Shown here: positions 52,717 through 53,774 of the stretch, one piece after another
Position numbering within the stretch: the stretch's first letter is position 1
How the letters are laid out: every line of letters starts with the position of its first letter
Source: Porticoccus sp.
GTDB taxonomy: Bacteria; Pseudomonadota; Gammaproteobacteria; Pseudomonadales; Porticoccaceae
NCBI GenBank assembly: GCA_047635115.1
Contig: JBLIJA010000001.1
Coordinates: 1 to 53,774 of the forward strand
Direction of reading: 5' to 3'
Length of the DNA: 53,774 nucleotides
Position numbers and translations under genes: made by a program
The notes under the pieces: generated by a model
The model's input: only the letters and a program-made list of their open reading frames with translations
What the model was told of the DNA's origin: nothing
Databases searched by the model: none

Positions 52717-53148
52717 TTACAGAATATAGGTCAGAGTGACCTGAGTCATCAGGCTGATGAGTAGAATACCAGTTAGATTAAGCCAGAAACCGGCCTTGGC
52801 CATTTCAGGAATGCGGATCAGGTTGGAGCTAAATACGATGGCATTGGGTGGCGTAGCCACGGGCAACATGAAGGCGCAGCTGGACGCAATAGTCGCTGGC
52901 AGAATAATGGCTAGAGGGAGCAACGCCGTGGCATAGATAGATGTCGCTTCCGCCAGCCACCAGACTGCCATCCAGACGGCCAAGCCCGCTGTGGCCCGGC
53001 CAGCGGCACCCAGTGCGATCTCAGCACCGTTAAGACCCGCCGCTTGCTCTGATACCAGGCAATAAACGATTATGGCCAGCAGGGGGCCTGCCAAGAGGGC
53101 CGCTTGCCGAAAGTGATGGGTGATTTGGTGAAGTCGATTTAAGTGCAT
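52717..53148 (-). pseudogene. DASS/SLC13 Na+:dicarboxylate/sulfate symporter with a large in-frame internal deletion
   Basis: N-terminal motif [18 protein letters not shown] is fused directly to the C-terminal motif [19 protein letters not shown]; only 143 aa. Confidence 0.85.
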
Positions 53149-53410
53149 AGTTATTGTTATTGGGTGTTGTTATTAAATAGTATTATTAGGTGAATAATAG
53201 AGCATAACAATCGCAGCCCCAGATATTTCTCAAAAATTACATACAGACCTAACAGTATAACTTTGCCAAGCTCCTGCATTCAAAAAACGGTGGACTACAC
53301 ACTCTGACCCCAAACTTTTAATGGTCTACTGTTTACCAGCCAAGGATAGTAGACAAAAATGGTATAGTGACCGAATTTTTTGAATAAACGGTAATGGATT
53401 CAAGCGAATT

Positions 53411-53770
53411 ATGTGCAACTGTAAAGAGCAACCAACGTTAATTGACGTCAGTAATAATTATGTAGGTTTTAACTCCACGTTAAATCAACTAGATGTTGGT
53501 GACGGGGTATTGCTTATGTCATGTCCAGACTGTAATCAGCTTTGGAGGGTGAGCGAAGGTGATAAATATGAAGCTTGCTATGCGGAAAAAATATCAACTC
53601 CAGATAACTGGGAAGCATTTGATAGTGCACCACGTATAAAGGCGAAAATGATTAAAGATCGTGGCGGGCTTACCGAACGTTATTGCATGTGGTCAAAGTG
53701 TGACAAGAAACAAGTAAAAGGCGATGCATTGTGTATTGACCATCTTTGGATTACGGGATCACGTGTGTAG
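53411..53770 (+). CDS. Hypothetical Cys-rich putative metal-binding protein
   Basis: CxC, CxxC, CxxxxC and CxxH motifs in 119 aa; AT-rich upstream region. Confidence 0.7.
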   Translation: MCNCKEQPTLIDVSNNYVGFNSTLNQLDVGDGVLLMSCPDCNQLWRVSEGDKYEACYAEKISTPDNWEAFDSAPRIKAKMIKDRGGLTERYCMWSKCDKKQVKGDALCIDHLWITGSRV

Positions 53771-53774
53771 TTCA

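Overview
This is a core-chromosome window from a gammaproteobacterium with Pseudomonas/Cellvibrionales-like gene order (taxonomy is inferred). In order it holds: the end of a copper-efflux cluster (cusA 3' end, CueR-box promoter, cueR pseudogene, DUF318-type permease); prfB with its programmed +1 frameshift and lysS; a membrane diguanylate cyclase; valS-holC-pepA/lptFG; a PHA-granule mini-cluster without a synthase (phasin, PhaD-like TetR, PHA-system protein); tRNA-Leu(CAA) beside an att-site scar; queA-tgt-secDF with no yajC; proS; aspS-yebC; ruvCAB (LexA box)-ybgC-tolQRAB-pal-cpoB-queEC-tRNA-Lys; nadA; bepA; an AI-2E permease; a pitrilysin-like peptidase; aceEF; deaD; yaiI. I found no CRISPR array, intact mobile element or clearly new multi-gene system. 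The signals most worth checking are: (1) a genome-erosion pattern, with four broken genes, missing syntenic genes and GC-to-AT substitutions at conserved residues; (2) a chain of start-stop-overlapping mini-ORFs (MRKLx three times, with synonymous divergence) leading into tolB, plus a similar synonymous duplication at the holC 3' end; (3) a roughly 0.3 kb integrative-element scar at tRNA-Leu; (4) a CueR-box-controlled DUF318 permease; (5) a structured spacer in place of yajC. All family assignments come from motif recognition, not from database searches.
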